NCBI GenBank assembly: GCA_964607375.1
Contig: CAZSJY010000004.1
Coordinates: 1-51,533 of the forward strand
Direction of reading: 5' to 3'
DNA length: 51,533 nt
From: an uncultured bacterium
GTDB lineage: Bacteria; Fidelibacterota; Marinisomatia; SCGC-AAA003-L08; JACNLC01
A program made the translations under genes and the position numbers. This document shows, in pieces, positions 19,507-30,324 of this stretch (positions are counted from its first letter, which is position 1; every line of letters starts with the position of its first letter). A model generated the notes under the pieces. The model saw only the letters and a program-made list of their open reading frames with translations. It did not search any database and was not told where the DNA came from.

Positions 19507-21438
19507 ATGTTATCAAAATATAGAATTATTATATTAGCGACACTTTCATTAATGTTAGTTTTTGTAATAGGTTGTGGTGGTGAAAAAAACAAGTCAGATG
19601 GAACTAAAACGGAAGAAATTACAACAAACAATGTTCCTGATGAGGTGGTTGCTCTAGAATTTGGTGGACCAGGTTTTGATGAAATCGCTGAAGATTTAGG
19701 ATATACAACATACAATTTTACCGAAGAAGACTATTTTTTCTATGGTGATCCAAGGGCTGTAAAAGGTGGCTTGCTCCGTCATATAACCAGTCGTTTCCCA
19801 GCTACTTTGAGAACTGTGGGTCAAAATTCCAATTATGTAGAAAACTCTACAATTGAAGGAATGTGTTACGAAAGCTTGATTTCTACGCACCCATTAAATT
19901 TGGATTTTGTTCCCGTATTAGCTACTCATTGGAAAATTTCCGATGATAAAATGCAATTTTGGTTTAGAATTGATCCGCGAGCAAAATTCTCTGATGGGAT
20001 GCCTGTAACATCTTATGATGTAGTTGCAACTTGGGATTTGTTAATGGATGAAACCATACTTGAACCGTCATCACAACTAGTGTATGGAAAATTTGAAAGA
20101 CCTGTTGCAGAAAGTAAATATATAGTTAGTGTAAAGTGTAAACAATTGAGCTGGAGAAATCTATTATATTTTGGTGGGATGTCCATCCTTCCAGCCCACA
20201 TACTAAATGACCTTGATGGAACTGCATATCTTGAGGAATATCAATTTAAAATGATGCCAGGTTCAGGTTCTTATATCATTTATGACAAAGATGTAGTAAA
20301 TCAAGAATCATTTACTTTGACAAGAAGAACAGATTACTGGGGTGCTGATGATAGAACTAGCTTGTATTCATCTAATTTCGATAAGATTAAGTTTATTGTT
20401 GTGAAAGATAATATGGCATTGGAATTTGAAAAATTCAAAAAAGGGGAATCAGATTTTTACACAGTATCAAAAGCACGAGAATGGGTTGAAGAATGTGACT
20501 TCAAAGCAATACAAAAGGGTTGGATTCAGAAGCACAAAGTGTATTCAGAAAAACCTGCAGGAACCAGTGGCTATGCTTTTAATATGAGAAAATGGCCGTT
20601 TAACGACAAAAGAGTTCGATATGCATTTACTTATTTGTATAATCGAGAAAAGATGAATCGCGATATGTACTACAGTGAATATTCAATGATGAATTCATTA
20701 TACACCGGTTCCGTTTATGAAAATCCGAACAATGAAAAAGTGAAGTATAATCCAGAAAAAGCAGTACAATTACTTTTTGAAGCTGGATATACAGAAAGAA
20801 ATCCGGAAGGCTGGTTGGTTCACGATGAAACAGGTAGAGTCCTTCAATTTGAAATTTCAATAGCCAAGGGATCTGCATATATGGTAACACCGGTTCAGCA
20901 AATGTTAAAAGAATACGGAATCAATATGCAAATCAAATTTATGGATGGAAATACAATGTGGAAGAATATTATGGAAAGAAATTTCACTGTCTTTATGCAA
21001 GCGTGGGGCGGTTTGGTATTCCCCAATCCTGAAACTTCATTATCATCAGAATTAGCTGACCAAAACAACACCAATAATATTACTGGGTTTATGAGCTCAC
21101 GAGTTGATGAATTACTAGATATATATGATGTTGAATTTGATCAACAGAAGCGAGTCGAAATTATCCGAGAGATTGATGGTATTTATTCAGATGTTCATCC
21201 TGCTGCTTGGGGAATTGCTCGAAATTACCAACGACTTCTTTGGTGGGACAAGTTTGGATATCCGGAATATGTAGTATCTCGATTTGGAGGTGATTATCGT
21301 TCGATTTTTGGTAGTTGGTGGATTGACCCTGAAAAAGAAGCTCGTTTAAAAGAAGCTATAGAAAATGATGAATCTCTGCCTATTGACCACAGCGATATCA
21401 AGTTCTGGCCAGAGTATTTAGAAAATCTAAATAAATAA
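19507..21438 (+). CDS. peptide ABC transporter substrate-binding lipoprotein (family 5, YejA-like)
   Basis: AGGAG RBS, lipobox VIGC, GDPRAVKGG, AKFSDGMPVT..DV, PFND.RVR.A. Confidence 0.9.
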   Translation: MLSKYRIIILATLSLMLVFVIGCGGEKNKSDGTKTEEITTNNVPDEVVALEFGGPGFDEIAEDLGYTTYNFTEEDYFFYGDPRAVKGGLLRHITSRFPATLRTVGQNSNYVENSTIEGMCYESLISTHPLNLDFVPVLATHWKISDDKMQFWFRIDPRAKFSDGMPVTSYDVVATWDLLMDETILEPSSQLVYGKFERPVAESKYIVSVKCKQLSWRNLLYFGGMSILPAHILNDLDGTAYLEEYQFKMMPGSGSYIIYDKDVVNQESFTLTRRTDYWGADDRTSLYSSNFDKIKFIVVKDNMALEFEKFKKGESDFYTVSKAREWVEECDFKAIQKGWIQKHKVYSEKPAGTSGYAFNMRKWPFNDKRVRYAFTYLYNREKMNRDMYYSEYSMMNSLYTGSVYENPNNEKVKYNPEKAVQLLFEAGYTERNPEGWLVHDETGRVLQFEISIAKGSAYMVTPVQQMLKEYGINMQIKFMDGNTMWKNIMERNFTVFMQAWGGLVFPNPETSLSSELADQNNTNNITGFMSSRVDELLDIYDVEFDQQKRVEIIREIDGIYSDVHPAAWGIARNYQRLLWWDKFGYPEYVVSRFGGDYRSIFGSWWIDPEKEARLKEAIENDESLPIDHSDIKFWPEYLENLNK

Positions 21439-21462
21439 TAACTAAAGGATAACTAACCAGTT

Positions 21463-22752
21463 ATGACAACGTATTTTATTAGACGAATATTATTGATGAT
21501 TCCAACATTTTTGGGATCAACAATTCTTGTTTTCACTATATTACAAATGGCTCCTGGAGGTCCGTTGGAACAACAAATCCAGCGACTTCAAATGGGTGCT
21601 GCAGCTGAAGGTGAAACTGCAGGGAGTGTTTCCGATATTATGAGTGGAGGTTCACAGATTCTACCGGAAAAAGCACTTAAAGAACTCAAACGATTCTATG
21701 GTTTTGACAAACCAGTTTGGCAAAGGTACTTGATGTGGCTCGGTGTTTGGCAAAGAGAAATCCAACATCGCGATTTTAAATTCAAATCAGACGAATATAC
21801 TGTAGATAAAAGAGTCGGGAAAAAAGCTGGCAAAATTCTTCGAGTAGATATCTCAAGGGATGCTGAAGGTAATCTCATTGTTTACGAAAAAGATGGATCA
21901 GAAAGTCCAATTTGGAAAGCACATATCGAGGAAACTGATGAAAATGGAGTTTTGCATTCCGTCATTTATCAGACTGAGTTTTCCGGAATTCTAACAGGAA
22001 ACTTGGGGAAATCATATACTTTTCAACAACCTGTTACTGAAGTAATGAAACCAAGATTTAAGATTTCTCTGTTTTTCGGGTTAACAGGAATGTTCTTGTC
22101 ATATATGGTTTGCGTTCCTCTTGGTATTAGAAAAGCTCTAAAACACGGCTCACCATTTGATTTTGTCTCAAGTGTGATTATTTTTGTTACATATTCAATA
22201 CCTGGTTGGGCGTTTGGTGGTGTTTTGCTTGTATTGTTCGGTGGAGGTTCGTTTTGGGATGTTTTCCCACTTGGAGGTTTTCGCTCACCAATGGAAGTTT
22301 GGGAATCACTTTCTCTTTGGGGTAAAATAGTTGACCAACTTCACCACGCAGTATTACCAATTATCGCTTGGTCTATTGCCAGTTTTACTACATTGACTGT
22401 TCTTATGAAAAACAGTCTTCTTGAACAACTTTCACAAGATTACATTAGAACCGCATTTGCTAAGGGAATTTCAGAAAAGAGAGTGGTTTGGCTCCACGCT
22501 ATCCGAAATTCTGTAATTCCAATAGCTTCTGGAATTGGTCACATAATTGGTATAGTCATTGCTGGGTCTTACCTTATTGAAAAAGTATTCAATATTGATG
22601 GATTTGGTCGATTAAGTTTCCAAGCAATTTTAGATAGAGATTATCCAATTGTACTTTCATTTTTAGTTATAACAGTAATGCTCCGACTTATAGGAAATTT
22701 ACTTTCAGATATTGTATTAGCAACCGTAGATCCAAGGATTCGATTTAGATGA
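21463..22752 (+). CDS. peptide ABC permease (YejB/OppB-like) with a soluble insertion
   Basis: RRILLMIPT, APGGP, YIRTAFAKG, VDPRIRF. Confidence 0.9.
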   Translation: MTTYFIRRILLMIPTFLGSTILVFTILQMAPGGPLEQQIQRLQMGAAAEGETAGSVSDIMSGGSQILPEKALKELKRFYGFDKPVWQRYLMWLGVWQREIQHRDFKFKSDEYTVDKRVGKKAGKILRVDISRDAEGNLIVYEKDGSESPIWKAHIEETDENGVLHSVIYQTEFSGILTGNLGKSYTFQQPVTEVMKPRFKISLFFGLTGMFLSYMVCVPLGIRKALKHGSPFDFVSSVIIFVTYSIPGWAFGGVLLVLFGGGSFWDVFPLGGFRSPMEVWESLSLWGKIVDQLHHAVLPIIAWSIASFTTLTVLMKNSLLEQLSQDYIRTAFAKGISEKRVVWLHAIRNSVIPIASGIGHIIGIVIAGSYLIEKVFNIDGFGRLSFQAILDRDYPIVLSFLVITVMLRLIGNLLSDIVLATVDPRIRFR

Positions 22753-23837
22753 TATTTAAACGAAAAAAACAAAATAACGAAGAAATTTCACTATCAATAT
22801 ATAAAAAACGTTGGTTGAAATTTAAAACAATGAAACGAGGGTATTACTCGTTTGTAATCATTGTAACTCTCTATGTATTATCGTGGTTTTTACCTATAAT
22901 GATAAATAGTAAAGCACTCATTGTTCATTACGAGGGGGAGTATTTTTTTCCTGCCTTACGTGATTTTTCTTTGGTTCCAGATAGAGTATTTCGCGGAGAA
23001 GAATTTGGACAAGATGTACCTGGCCAAGCCAAATACCGTGAATTGCAAAAACAATGGCAAGTTGAAAATTCAGACAATTGGGTTATTATGCCACTTTATG
23101 AATATGGTCCCTTTGAAGATATTACATCAGGGAATAAAATGTATGACCCACCATCTAATAATCACTGGTTAGGAACGGATGATACAGGACGAGATGTTTT
23201 TGCAAGGTTGTCTTATGCTTTTAATATTTCGATTTCGTTTTCATTGTTACTTGCTCTGTTTGGATATTCCATAGGAATTGCTGTAGGAGGTGCAATGGGA
23301 TATTTCGGAGGTAAATTCGATTTATTGTTTCAGCGTATAATTGAAATTTGGTCTTCTCTACCGATGCTTTTTGTAATTATTATCATATCATCAATAATTC
23401 GACCAACTTTTTTCCTGCTGATTTTTATATATATTTTGGTAAACTGGATTGGTATGACTTACCCAATGAGGGCTGAATTTTACAGAGAAAAAGCAAAGGA
23501 TTATGTTGCGGCAGCACTTTCTATGGGGCAGAGTAATAGAAAAGTTATATTCAAGCATATATTACCAAATTCATTAGTCCCAGTTATTACTTATTTACCA
23601 TTCTCAATTGTTGGAGGTATTGCTTCGCTGGTTGGTCTTGATTATTTAGGATTTGGTATGCCACCTCCAACACCAAGTTGGGGGCAAATGCTCGATGTTG
23701 GACTACAGAACATTTCTAAATGGTGGATGGTATTTTCTCCGGTTGGAGCGGAATTTTTAACATTGATGTTAGTTGTTTTTATTGGTGAAGGGGTCCGTGA
23801 GGCTTTTGATCCAAAAGTATATTCAAGATTGAGATAA
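22749..23837 (+). CDS. peptide ABC permease (YejE/OppC-like)
   Basis: HWLGTDDTGRD, HILPN, FIGEGVREAFDP. Confidence 0.9.
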   Translation: MIFKRKKQNNEEISLSIYKKRWLKFKTMKRGYYSFVIIVTLYVLSWFLPIMINSKALIVHYEGEYFFPALRDFSLVPDRVFRGEEFGQDVPGQAKYRELQKQWQVENSDNWVIMPLYEYGPFEDITSGNKMYDPPSNNHWLGTDDTGRDVFARLSYAFNISISFSLLLALFGYSIGIAVGGAMGYFGGKFDLLFQRIIEIWSSLPMLFVIIIISSIIRPTFFLLIFIYILVNWIGMTYPMRAEFYREKAKDYVAAALSMGQSNRKVIFKHILPNSLVPVITYLPFSIVGGIASLVGLDYLGFGMPPPTPSWGQMLDVGLQNISKWWMVFSPVGAEFLTLMLVVFIGEGVREAFDPKVYSRLR

Positions 23838-23842
23838 TTCAA

Positions 23843-25321
23843 ATGAATAAAAAGAAATTAATAGAAGTAAAAGGATTAAAAACTCACTTCAAAGTTGGTA
23901 AACAGTGGGCAACTGCAGTTCATGGTATAGACTTTGATATATTCGAAGGTGAAACTCTTGGAATTGTGGGTGAGTCTGGTTCTGGAAAATCGGTATCTGT
24001 ATTGTCACTTATCCAACTTATTCCGAACCCACCAGGTGAAGTGTCAGAAGGAGAAATCTATTTCAAAGGTGAAAAAATCTTTGACGGAAAAGGATTGGAA
24101 AGAATAAAAGCTATCCCTCAATATCGATTTTTCAAAGGAATATCAGATAATCTTAGAAAAACTGCAGCTTTTGCTTTTTTTGGTGGATGGTTGTTTATCC
24201 ATGCTTTTCTTAATATTCCAGGTATATTACTTTTCTTTGCTTCATTATTCCTAAATGGTTTTCTTACTTCATATATATTTTTTAATTCACCATTTAAAAA
24301 AGAATATGGTGGATGGCGAGAAAAAATGTATAGTCGAATGCGGGAACTTCGCGGGAAGAATATCGCAATGATTTTCCAAGAACCTATGACATCTCTAAAT
24401 CCGGTTTATACAGTTGGATTTCAAATTATTGAAGCTCTAAAACCGTTGAAATTTATCGAGTATATAAAAAACGGTATTATTGGTTTAGCGAAAAATCTAA
24501 AAAGTACTCCAAAGATTAATCGAGTTAAAACATCAGTTATTTTCGCTATAATTTTTACTTTACTCTCACAACTTTCAAATGGATGGACATTTCAAGTTTG
24601 GGATGTAATAATTGCTTTGATCAAAGGTGGTATTTTTCCAACAATCTTTGCATATGTAATTATAGGCTTTGATAAGCTTATTTCAGATGAATATCACAAA
24701 GAATGGGATAATTTATTTTCCGAAGGTGTCAGACTACTAAAAACTGTTGGCATACCTTCGCCAGAAAATAGAATGGGAGACTATCCGCATCAATTTTCTG
24801 GAGGTATGCGTCAAAGAGCGATGATTGCAATGGCACTCGCGAAGAATCCTTCACTTCTTATTGCTGATGAACCAACAACAGCACTGGATGTAACCATTCA
24901 AGCTCAAATTTTGGACTTAATGGTTGAACTAAAACAAAAGAAACTGGATGCAGCTGTTGTATTAATAACCCACGATTTGGCTGTAATTGCAGAAACCTGT
25001 GAAAGAGTTATCGTAATGTATGGTGGACGAATACAAGAGGTAGCTTCTGTTAATGAGATTTTTGAAAACCCGAAACATCCTTATACTTTGGGATTGCTTA
25101 GATCTATTCCTCATCCTGAAAAAGGCAATAAAAAAGAACGATTGGAAATAATTAAAGGAATGGTCCCTAGCATACTAGAAATGCCAGAAGGTTGTAAATT
25201 CTGCACTCGATGCGATGTTAAGTTAGAAAAATGTGATGTTGAAGAACCTCCGTTAATAGAAATTAAGCCTGAACATTTCGTGAGATGTCATGTGATTCAG
25301 TCTGAAGGAGTAAAAGGATGA
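23843..25321 (+). CDS. oppD: peptide ABC ATPase (OppD/DppD-like) with two hydrophobic insertions
   Basis: GESGSGKS, MIFQEPMTSLNP, FSGGMRQR, IADEPTTALD, C-terminal Cys cluster; 492 aa versus 337 aa for its partner. Confidence 0.88.
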   Translation: MNKKKLIEVKGLKTHFKVGKQWATAVHGIDFDIFEGETLGIVGESGSGKSVSVLSLIQLIPNPPGEVSEGEIYFKGEKIFDGKGLERIKAIPQYRFFKGISDNLRKTAAFAFFGGWLFIHAFLNIPGILLFFASLFLNGFLTSYIFFNSPFKKEYGGWREKMYSRMRELRGKNIAMIFQEPMTSLNPVYTVGFQIIEALKPLKFIEYIKNGIIGLAKNLKSTPKINRVKTSVIFAIIFTLLSQLSNGWTFQVWDVIIALIKGGIFPTIFAYVIIGFDKLISDEYHKEWDNLFSEGVRLLKTVGIPSPENRMGDYPHQFSGGMRQRAMIAMALAKNPSLLIADEPTTALDVTIQAQILDLMVELKQKKLDAAVVLITHDLAVIAETCERVIVMYGGRIQEVASVNEIFENPKHPYTLGLLRSIPHPEKGNKKERLEIIKGMVPSILEMPEGCKFCTRCDVKLEKCDVEEPPLIEIKPEHFVRCHVIQSEGVKG

Positions 25322-26331
25322 GCAACAATAAATTAGTTGATGTTAAGAATTTGAGTGTTCACTTTCCAATTCATGGAGGTGTATTTTCCAAAAGAGTAGC
25401 AACTGTAAAAGCAGTAGATGGTGTATCATTTTCAATTGGTAAAAAGGAAACTATTGGTTTAGTTGGAGAATCCGGATGTGGTAAAACTACCGTTGGTAGA
25501 GCAATGATCAATATTCTTCGCCATATCGCACCTGATGTGGAAATTGGTGGCGGTATCGAATATCACTTTGGAGATGAAATTGTTGATTTTGCAACTCTTC
25601 ATCCAAAACATATGGGACAGTATCGTTCTAAAGTGCAAATGATATTCCAAGATCCTTATGCATCGTTAAATCCAAGAATGACAGTCGCACAGATAATTTC
25701 TGAACCTTTACAACTTCATACTGACATGAATTCCAAAGAATTGCAAGATCGAGTCATGTGGCTTTTAGAAAAAGTTGGTTTACAGAATGAACAATCACGC
25801 CGTTATCCACACGAATTTTCAGGAGGTCAACGACAACGAGTAGGTATTGCTAGAGCATTGGCTACAAATCCAGAGTTAATAATTTGTGACGAACCTGTAT
25901 CAGCATTAGATGTTTCAATTCAAGCACAAGTTATAAATCTGATGATGGATTTACAGGACGAGTTTGATCTTTCATATTTATTTATTGCACACGATCTATC
26001 AGTTGTAGAACATATATCATCAAAAATAGCTGTTATGTATCTTGGTGATTTAGTAGAATTTGGTGATAGCCAGGATGTTTTCCATAATCCAAAACACCCA
26101 TATACAAAGGCATTGATTTCTTCAGTACCTCTACCTGATCCAAAAAAGAAAGAAAGAGAGAGGATTGTGTTAAAGGGAGATATTCCAACTCCTATGGCTA
26201 AACCTAGCGGGTGTGGGTTTAGGACTCGTTGCCCAATTGCGAAACCTGAATGTTCAGAATCAGTACCAGAGATTGTTGATACAGGTGGTGCTCATCAAAT
26301 TGCTTGTCCGTATTGGGAAGAGAAGTTTTAA
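25318..26331 (+). CDS. oppF: peptide ABC ATPase (OppF/DppF-like)
   Basis: GESGCGKT, FSGGQRQR, ICDEPVSALD, GCGFRTRCP. Confidence 0.9.
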   Translation: MSNNKLVDVKNLSVHFPIHGGVFSKRVATVKAVDGVSFSIGKKETIGLVGESGCGKTTVGRAMINILRHIAPDVEIGGGIEYHFGDEIVDFATLHPKHMGQYRSKVQMIFQDPYASLNPRMTVAQIISEPLQLHTDMNSKELQDRVMWLLEKVGLQNEQSRRYPHEFSGGQRQRVGIARALATNPELIICDEPVSALDVSIQAQVINLMMDLQDEFDLSYLFIAHDLSVVEHISSKIAVMYLGDLVEFGDSQDVFHNPKHPYTKALISSVPLPDPKKKERERIVLKGDIPTPMAKPSGCGFRTRCPIAKPECSESVPEIVDTGGAHQIACPYWEEKF

Positions 26332-26415
26332 TAAAAATGGAAGTGTGGTGTTAGTCTCCATACTTTAAATAAATTTTCTTTAATCTTGCGTAATTTGTAC
26401 AAAGTCAGTAAATTT

Positions 26416-26440
26416 ATACAGGACTAAATAAGTCGTATAT
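26416..26440 (+). promoter_or_regulatory. IscR type-1-like operator
   Basis: ATACAGGACTAAATAAGTCGTATAT follows the ATA-n3-GACT-n5-AGTC-n3-TAT pattern of the E. coli type 1 site, just upstream of the Rrf2 gene. Confidence 0.75.
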
Positions 26441-26447
26441 ATTGATT

Positions 26448-26846
26448 ATGTTAAAGTTAACGAAAAAAACGGAATATGCACTAACTGCCCTTTCTCATAT
26501 GCAATCTAAGGGAGAGGGTGAAATCATTACTGCAAGAGAAATATCTGAACAGTATGGTATTTCTTTCCAATTACTATCTAAAATTCTTCAACATCTTTCA
26601 AAAGAAAGTTTTGTTAAACCAATTCAAGGAGCAAAAGGTGGATATAAACTAATCATAGATTTATCATCAATTAGTTTATGGGATTTTATTGAGATGTTGG
26701 AAGGTCCACTTGGATTGGTTGATTGCGTCATAACATCCGAATGCCAAAAAATGGATAGTTGTGTGATTCTAACACCAATCGGAAAAATTAATAAAGCTGT
26801 TCAGGAAATTTTTCTGAATATTCCTGTAAGTGATATCACTAATTAA
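26448..26846 (+). CDS. iscR: Rrf2 family regulator, IscR-like
   Basis: [16 protein letters not shown], three Cys (DC...EC...SC); heads the isc operon. Confidence 0.8.
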   Translation: MLKLTKKTEYALTALSHMQSKGEGEIITAREISEQYGISFQLLSKILQHLSKESFVKPIQGAKGGYKLIIDLSSISLWDFIEMLEGPLGLVDCVITSECQKMDSCVILTPIGKINKAVQEIFLNIPVSDITN

Positions 26847-26853
26847 GGATTTT

Positions 26854-28062
26854 ATGAAGAAAATATACTTAGATTATCATTCCACTACACCTGTTGATCA
26901 TCGAGTATTCGATGCTATGGTTCCATATTTTTCAGATAAGTTCGGAAATCCAGCTAGCAGAAATCACGCTTACGGTTGGGAAGCAGAAGAGGCGGTTGAT
27001 ATTGCACGAGAAAGAATCGCTAAATCAATTGGAGCAACTCCCAGAGAAATTATTTTCACAAGTGGTGCAACTGAATCAGATAATTTGGCAATTAAGGGTA
27101 TTGCCCAAATGTTCCGCGATAAAGGTAATCACATTATCACTCTAAAAACTGAACATAAGGCAGTACTCGATACTTGTAAAGCTCTTGAACGAGATGGATT
27201 TGAAGTAACGTATCTTCCAGTAGAAAAAAATGGTTTAATCAACCTTGACAAGCTGAAATCAGCCATTAAAGATAAAACAATTTTGGTTTCCGTAATGCAC
27301 GCAAATAATGAAATAGGTGTGATTCAACCAGTTGCAGAAATCGGGCAAATTTGTAAAGAAAACGGAATATATTTCCATTGCGATGGTGCTCAATCTGTAG
27401 GGAAAATTACGGTGGATGTTAATGAAATGGGAATTGACTTATTAGCTATTTCCGGGCATAAAATTTATGGTCCAAAAGGAATTGGTGCTTTGTATGTTCG
27501 CAGGAAAAATCCACGTGTTCGATTAAAATCACAAATTGACGGTGGTGGACACGAACGCGGTATGAGATCAGGAACTCTCCCCACACCACTCATAGTTGGA
27601 TTGGGTAAAGCTTGTGAATTATCCAGTAAATTAATGGCTGAAGAAACAAAACGATTATTAACTCTACGAGAAAAATTATACAAAGGAATTTCATCTCAAC
27701 TACCTAAAATTATTTTAAACGGTGATACTGAAAATCGTTTACCTGGAAATCTGAATTTGAGTTTTTCATATGTTGAAGGTGAGTCGCTTATTATGAGTCT
27801 CCCGAATATTGCTCTTTCAAGTGGTTCAGCATGCACATCTGCCAGTTTAGAGCCTTCGTATGTGCTGAAAGCTCTTGGAGTCAGTAAAGATTTAGCACAT
27901 TCATCCATCCGTTTTGGTTTGGGAAGGTTTACAACTGAAGAAGAGGTTGACATCACAATTAATAGTGTTGTTAAAGCAGTTAATAGATTGAGAGATATGT
28001 CTCCGCTTTGGGAAATGGCACAAGAAGGCATCGATTTGGAAAGTGTGAAGTGGAGTGAATAA
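26854..28062 (+). CDS. iscS: cysteine desulfurase IscS
   Basis: [53 protein letters not shown]. Confidence 0.96.
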   Translation: MKKIYLDYHSTTPVDHRVFDAMVPYFSDKFGNPASRNHAYGWEAEEAVDIARERIAKSIGATPREIIFTSGATESDNLAIKGIAQMFRDKGNHIITLKTEHKAVLDTCKALERDGFEVTYLPVEKNGLINLDKLKSAIKDKTILVSVMHANNEIGVIQPVAEIGQICKENGIYFHCDGAQSVGKITVDVNEMGIDLLAISGHKIYGPKGIGALYVRRKNPRVRLKSQIDGGGHERGMRSGTLPTPLIVGLGKACELSSKLMAEETKRLLTLREKLYKGISSQLPKIILNGDTENRLPGNLNLSFSYVEGESLIMSLPNIALSSGSACTSASLEPSYVLKALGVSKDLAHSSIRFGLGRFTTEEEVDITINSVVKAVNRLRDMSPLWEMAQEGIDLESVKWSE

Positions 28063-28173
28063 ACGACTAAAATGTCGAATGTGAAAAGTAGAAAGTAAGG
28101 ATTGAGGATAAGGTTGAGATTGCAATAACCTATAATCTAAAATTTTCGATTTACAATGTATTTGAGGTAAGAT

Positions 28174-28551
28174 ATGGCATATTCAAAAAAAGTAGTTGAG
28201 CATTTTACTGATCCACAAAATATGGGTTCATTGGATAAAGAAGACGAAAATGTCGGAACTGGAATAGTCGGTGCTCCTGAATGTGGAGATGTGATGAAGC
28301 TACAACTCAAAATTGAGGATGGAGTCATACAAGACGCTAAATTCAAAACATTTGGGTGTGGAAGTGCAATTGCTAGTTCCAGCTATATTACAGAACTCGT
28401 AAAAGGAATGAGTGTTGAAGATGCCCAAAAAGTAAAAAATACTGAAATTGTGGATGAATTGTCGCTTCCGCCAATAAAAGTCCACTGCTCAGTTCTTGCT
28501 GAAGATGGCATCAAAGCCGCCTTGGCAGACTATGAAAAAAAGAAGAAATAG
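28174..28551 (+). CDS. iscU: Fe-S scaffold IscU
   Basis: GAPECGDVM, TFGCGSAIASS, LPPIKVHCS. Confidence 0.96.
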   Translation: MAYSKKVVEHFTDPQNMGSLDKEDENVGTGIVGAPECGDVMKLQLKIEDGVIQDAKFKTFGCGSAIASSSYITELVKGMSVEDAQKVKNTEIVDELSLPPIKVHCSVLAEDGIKAALADYEKKKK

Positions 28552-28706
28552 GTTTAGTGGTTAGCAATTAATAGATAGTAGGTTAGCGTTAGAGATAAAC
28601 AAATTGATTTCTCTCTACTACTTAGCGAGAAAATCAGTATTTGAATATCACTTTCGATTTTCAAAGTTTTCATACTATTAAGTGAAACTCAACGAAAGGA
28701 CAAAAA

Positions 28707-29045
28707 ATGTCAAAGATAAATGAAGAACAAGTAATTGAAGTATTGAAACAATGCTTTGATCCGGAAATTCCAATTGATTTATGGAATCTTGGTTTGATTT
28801 ACAGTATCAAAATTTCTGATGCTGAATCAGGTAATAACAATGTAGATATCACGATGACACTCACCACACCTGGATGTCATATGGGGAGTTATATGGCGAA
28901 TGATATAAAAACCAAATTAGAAGGTTTAGAAACCGTTGACCTTGCCACAGTTCAAGTAGTTTTCGAACCTGTTTGGACACCAGATATGATGACAGATGAA
29001 GCTCGAGAACGACTCGGTTTCAAAAAACCACAGACAGAGGAATAA
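28707..29045 (+). CDS. DUF59/SufT (MIP18) Fe-S assembly protein
   Basis: DPEIP..NLGLIY, TLTTPGC, FEPVWTPDMM. Confidence 0.88.
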   Translation: MSKINEEQVIEVLKQCFDPEIPIDLWNLGLIYSIKISDAESGNNNVDITMTLTTPGCHMGSYMANDIKTKLEGLETVDLATVQVVFEPVWTPDMMTDEARERLGFKKPQTEE

Positions 29046-29049
29046 TCCA

Positions 29050-29403
29050 ATGGTAGTACCTCAAACACCTGAAACTGACGATATTCAAATTACAGAAAAA
29101 GCAGCGAATCGTGTAAAAGGAATCCTCAAATCAGAAGGTAAGGATGGCTACGCACTACGAATTTCCGTTATCGGCGGTGGATGTTCCGGAATGTCATATA
29201 ATATGTCGTTTGATAATGAATTGGGTGAATTTGACAAAGTATTTGAAGCACAAGGTGTAAAGATTTACTGCGATCTGAAAAGTTGGTTGTATCTCAAAGG
29301 AACGACTGTGGATTTTTCAGATGATATTTTATCTGGTGGATTTAAAATTAAAAATCCAAATGCAGCACGAACTTGCGGTTGCGGAACGAGCTTTTCTGTA
29401 TAA
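29050..29403 (+). CDS. iscA: A-type Fe-S carrier IscA/ErpA
   Basis: GGGCSGMSY, NPNAARTCGCGTSF. Confidence 0.92.
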   Translation: MVVPQTPETDDIQITEKAANRVKGILKSEGKDGYALRISVIGGGCSGMSYNMSFDNELGEFDKVFEAQGVKIYCDLKSWLYLKGTTVDFSDDILSGGFKIKNPNAARTCGCGTSFSV

Positions 29404-29645
29404 TGGAAACGATTCATCTAGACGATTTTCTAACAGACGGTATTTTGAAAGAGGGTGAGTTCAGAGCAAAGGTCAAAGGAATTGATTGGTCAGAGTTTTT
29501 AAGTAAGACTGTGTTAATTCGTGGGTGTGCATCTGTACCGGTACCAACTTGGGCGCATTTAATAATCACTGCTGAATTAGCTCAATTCGCAAAAGAAATT
29601 TGCTACGGTGAACCGAACTCTTTTTTAACAGTTTACAGAAAATAA
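29403..29645 (+). CDS. short DUF2480-like protein
   Basis: GILKE.EFR...IDWSEF..K.V...C....PTWA; TAATG coupling to iscA. Confidence 0.7.
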   Translation: METIHLDDFLTDGILKEGEFRAKVKGIDWSEFLSKTVLIRGCASVPVPTWAHLIITAELAQFAKEICYGEPNSFLTVYRK

Positions 29646-29673
29646 ATAATGTTTCAATTCTTTATACACTTTG

Positions 29674-30324
29674 ATGATTAATAAAAAGAAAATAAATTCT
29701 AAATCCTGTTGGAAGTGCAATAACTCAATCGAAAAGTTCCGACATTTTTGTCCGGATTGCAACACCATCCAAGCACCAATCGAAGAAAATTTCTATTCAT
29801 TTATGCGATTTGACAAAGAATTGGGAATTTGCACAGCCACGCTGCAAAATCGGTATTATGAAATGAGTCGAAAATTCCATCCGGACTATTTTCAAAACCA
29901 ATCTTTGCAAGAATTAACATTTGCTTTAAAGTTTTCATCGATTCTCAATCGTGCATATTTTACACTGAAGAATCCGATTGCACGAGTTAGATATTTGATG
30001 ATGCTGGAAGGTATTCACGAAAATCGTGATTCTGGTAGTATTCCAGTTAAATTTGCTGAAGACATTTTTGAAATTCAAGATTGTTTGATGGAATACAAAT
30101 CGAATCCAAAAAGTCATTGTAGGGTAGAATTGAAAACTCATCATCAAAAACTAAAAACAGACATTGAAGAAATTGACCAGCATATCCACAAATATTTCCA
30201 AAATTACGATGAATCAGAAGACAAGAACGAAAAATTGGAAGTATTGAATAACATAAGTCTGATACTGACGGACAGGAATTATCTCGACAAAATGAAAGTG
30301 GAATTGGATGGAGTGTTTGAATGA
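29674..30324 (+). CDS. hscB: Fe-S co-chaperone HscB with N-terminal CxxC..CxxC finger
   Basis: CWKC..FCPDC, FHPDYF J-domain, LN.AY.TL.NP..R..Y. Confidence 0.9.
   Translation: MINKKKINSKSCWKCNNSIEKFRHFCPDCNTIQAPIEENFYSFMRFDKELGICTATLQNRYYEMSRKFHPDYFQNQSLQELTFALKFSSILNRAYFTLKNPIARVRYLMMLEGIHENRDSGSIPVKFAEDIFEIQDCLMEYKSNPKSHCRVELKTHHQKLKTDIEEIDQHIHKYFQNYDESEDKNEKLEVLNNISLILTDRNYLDKMKVELDGVFE

Noticed and set aside
28064-28077. CGACTAAAATGTCG as a second IscR box
   Set aside because: Spacer is one base short and the flanking ATA/TAT arms are missing.
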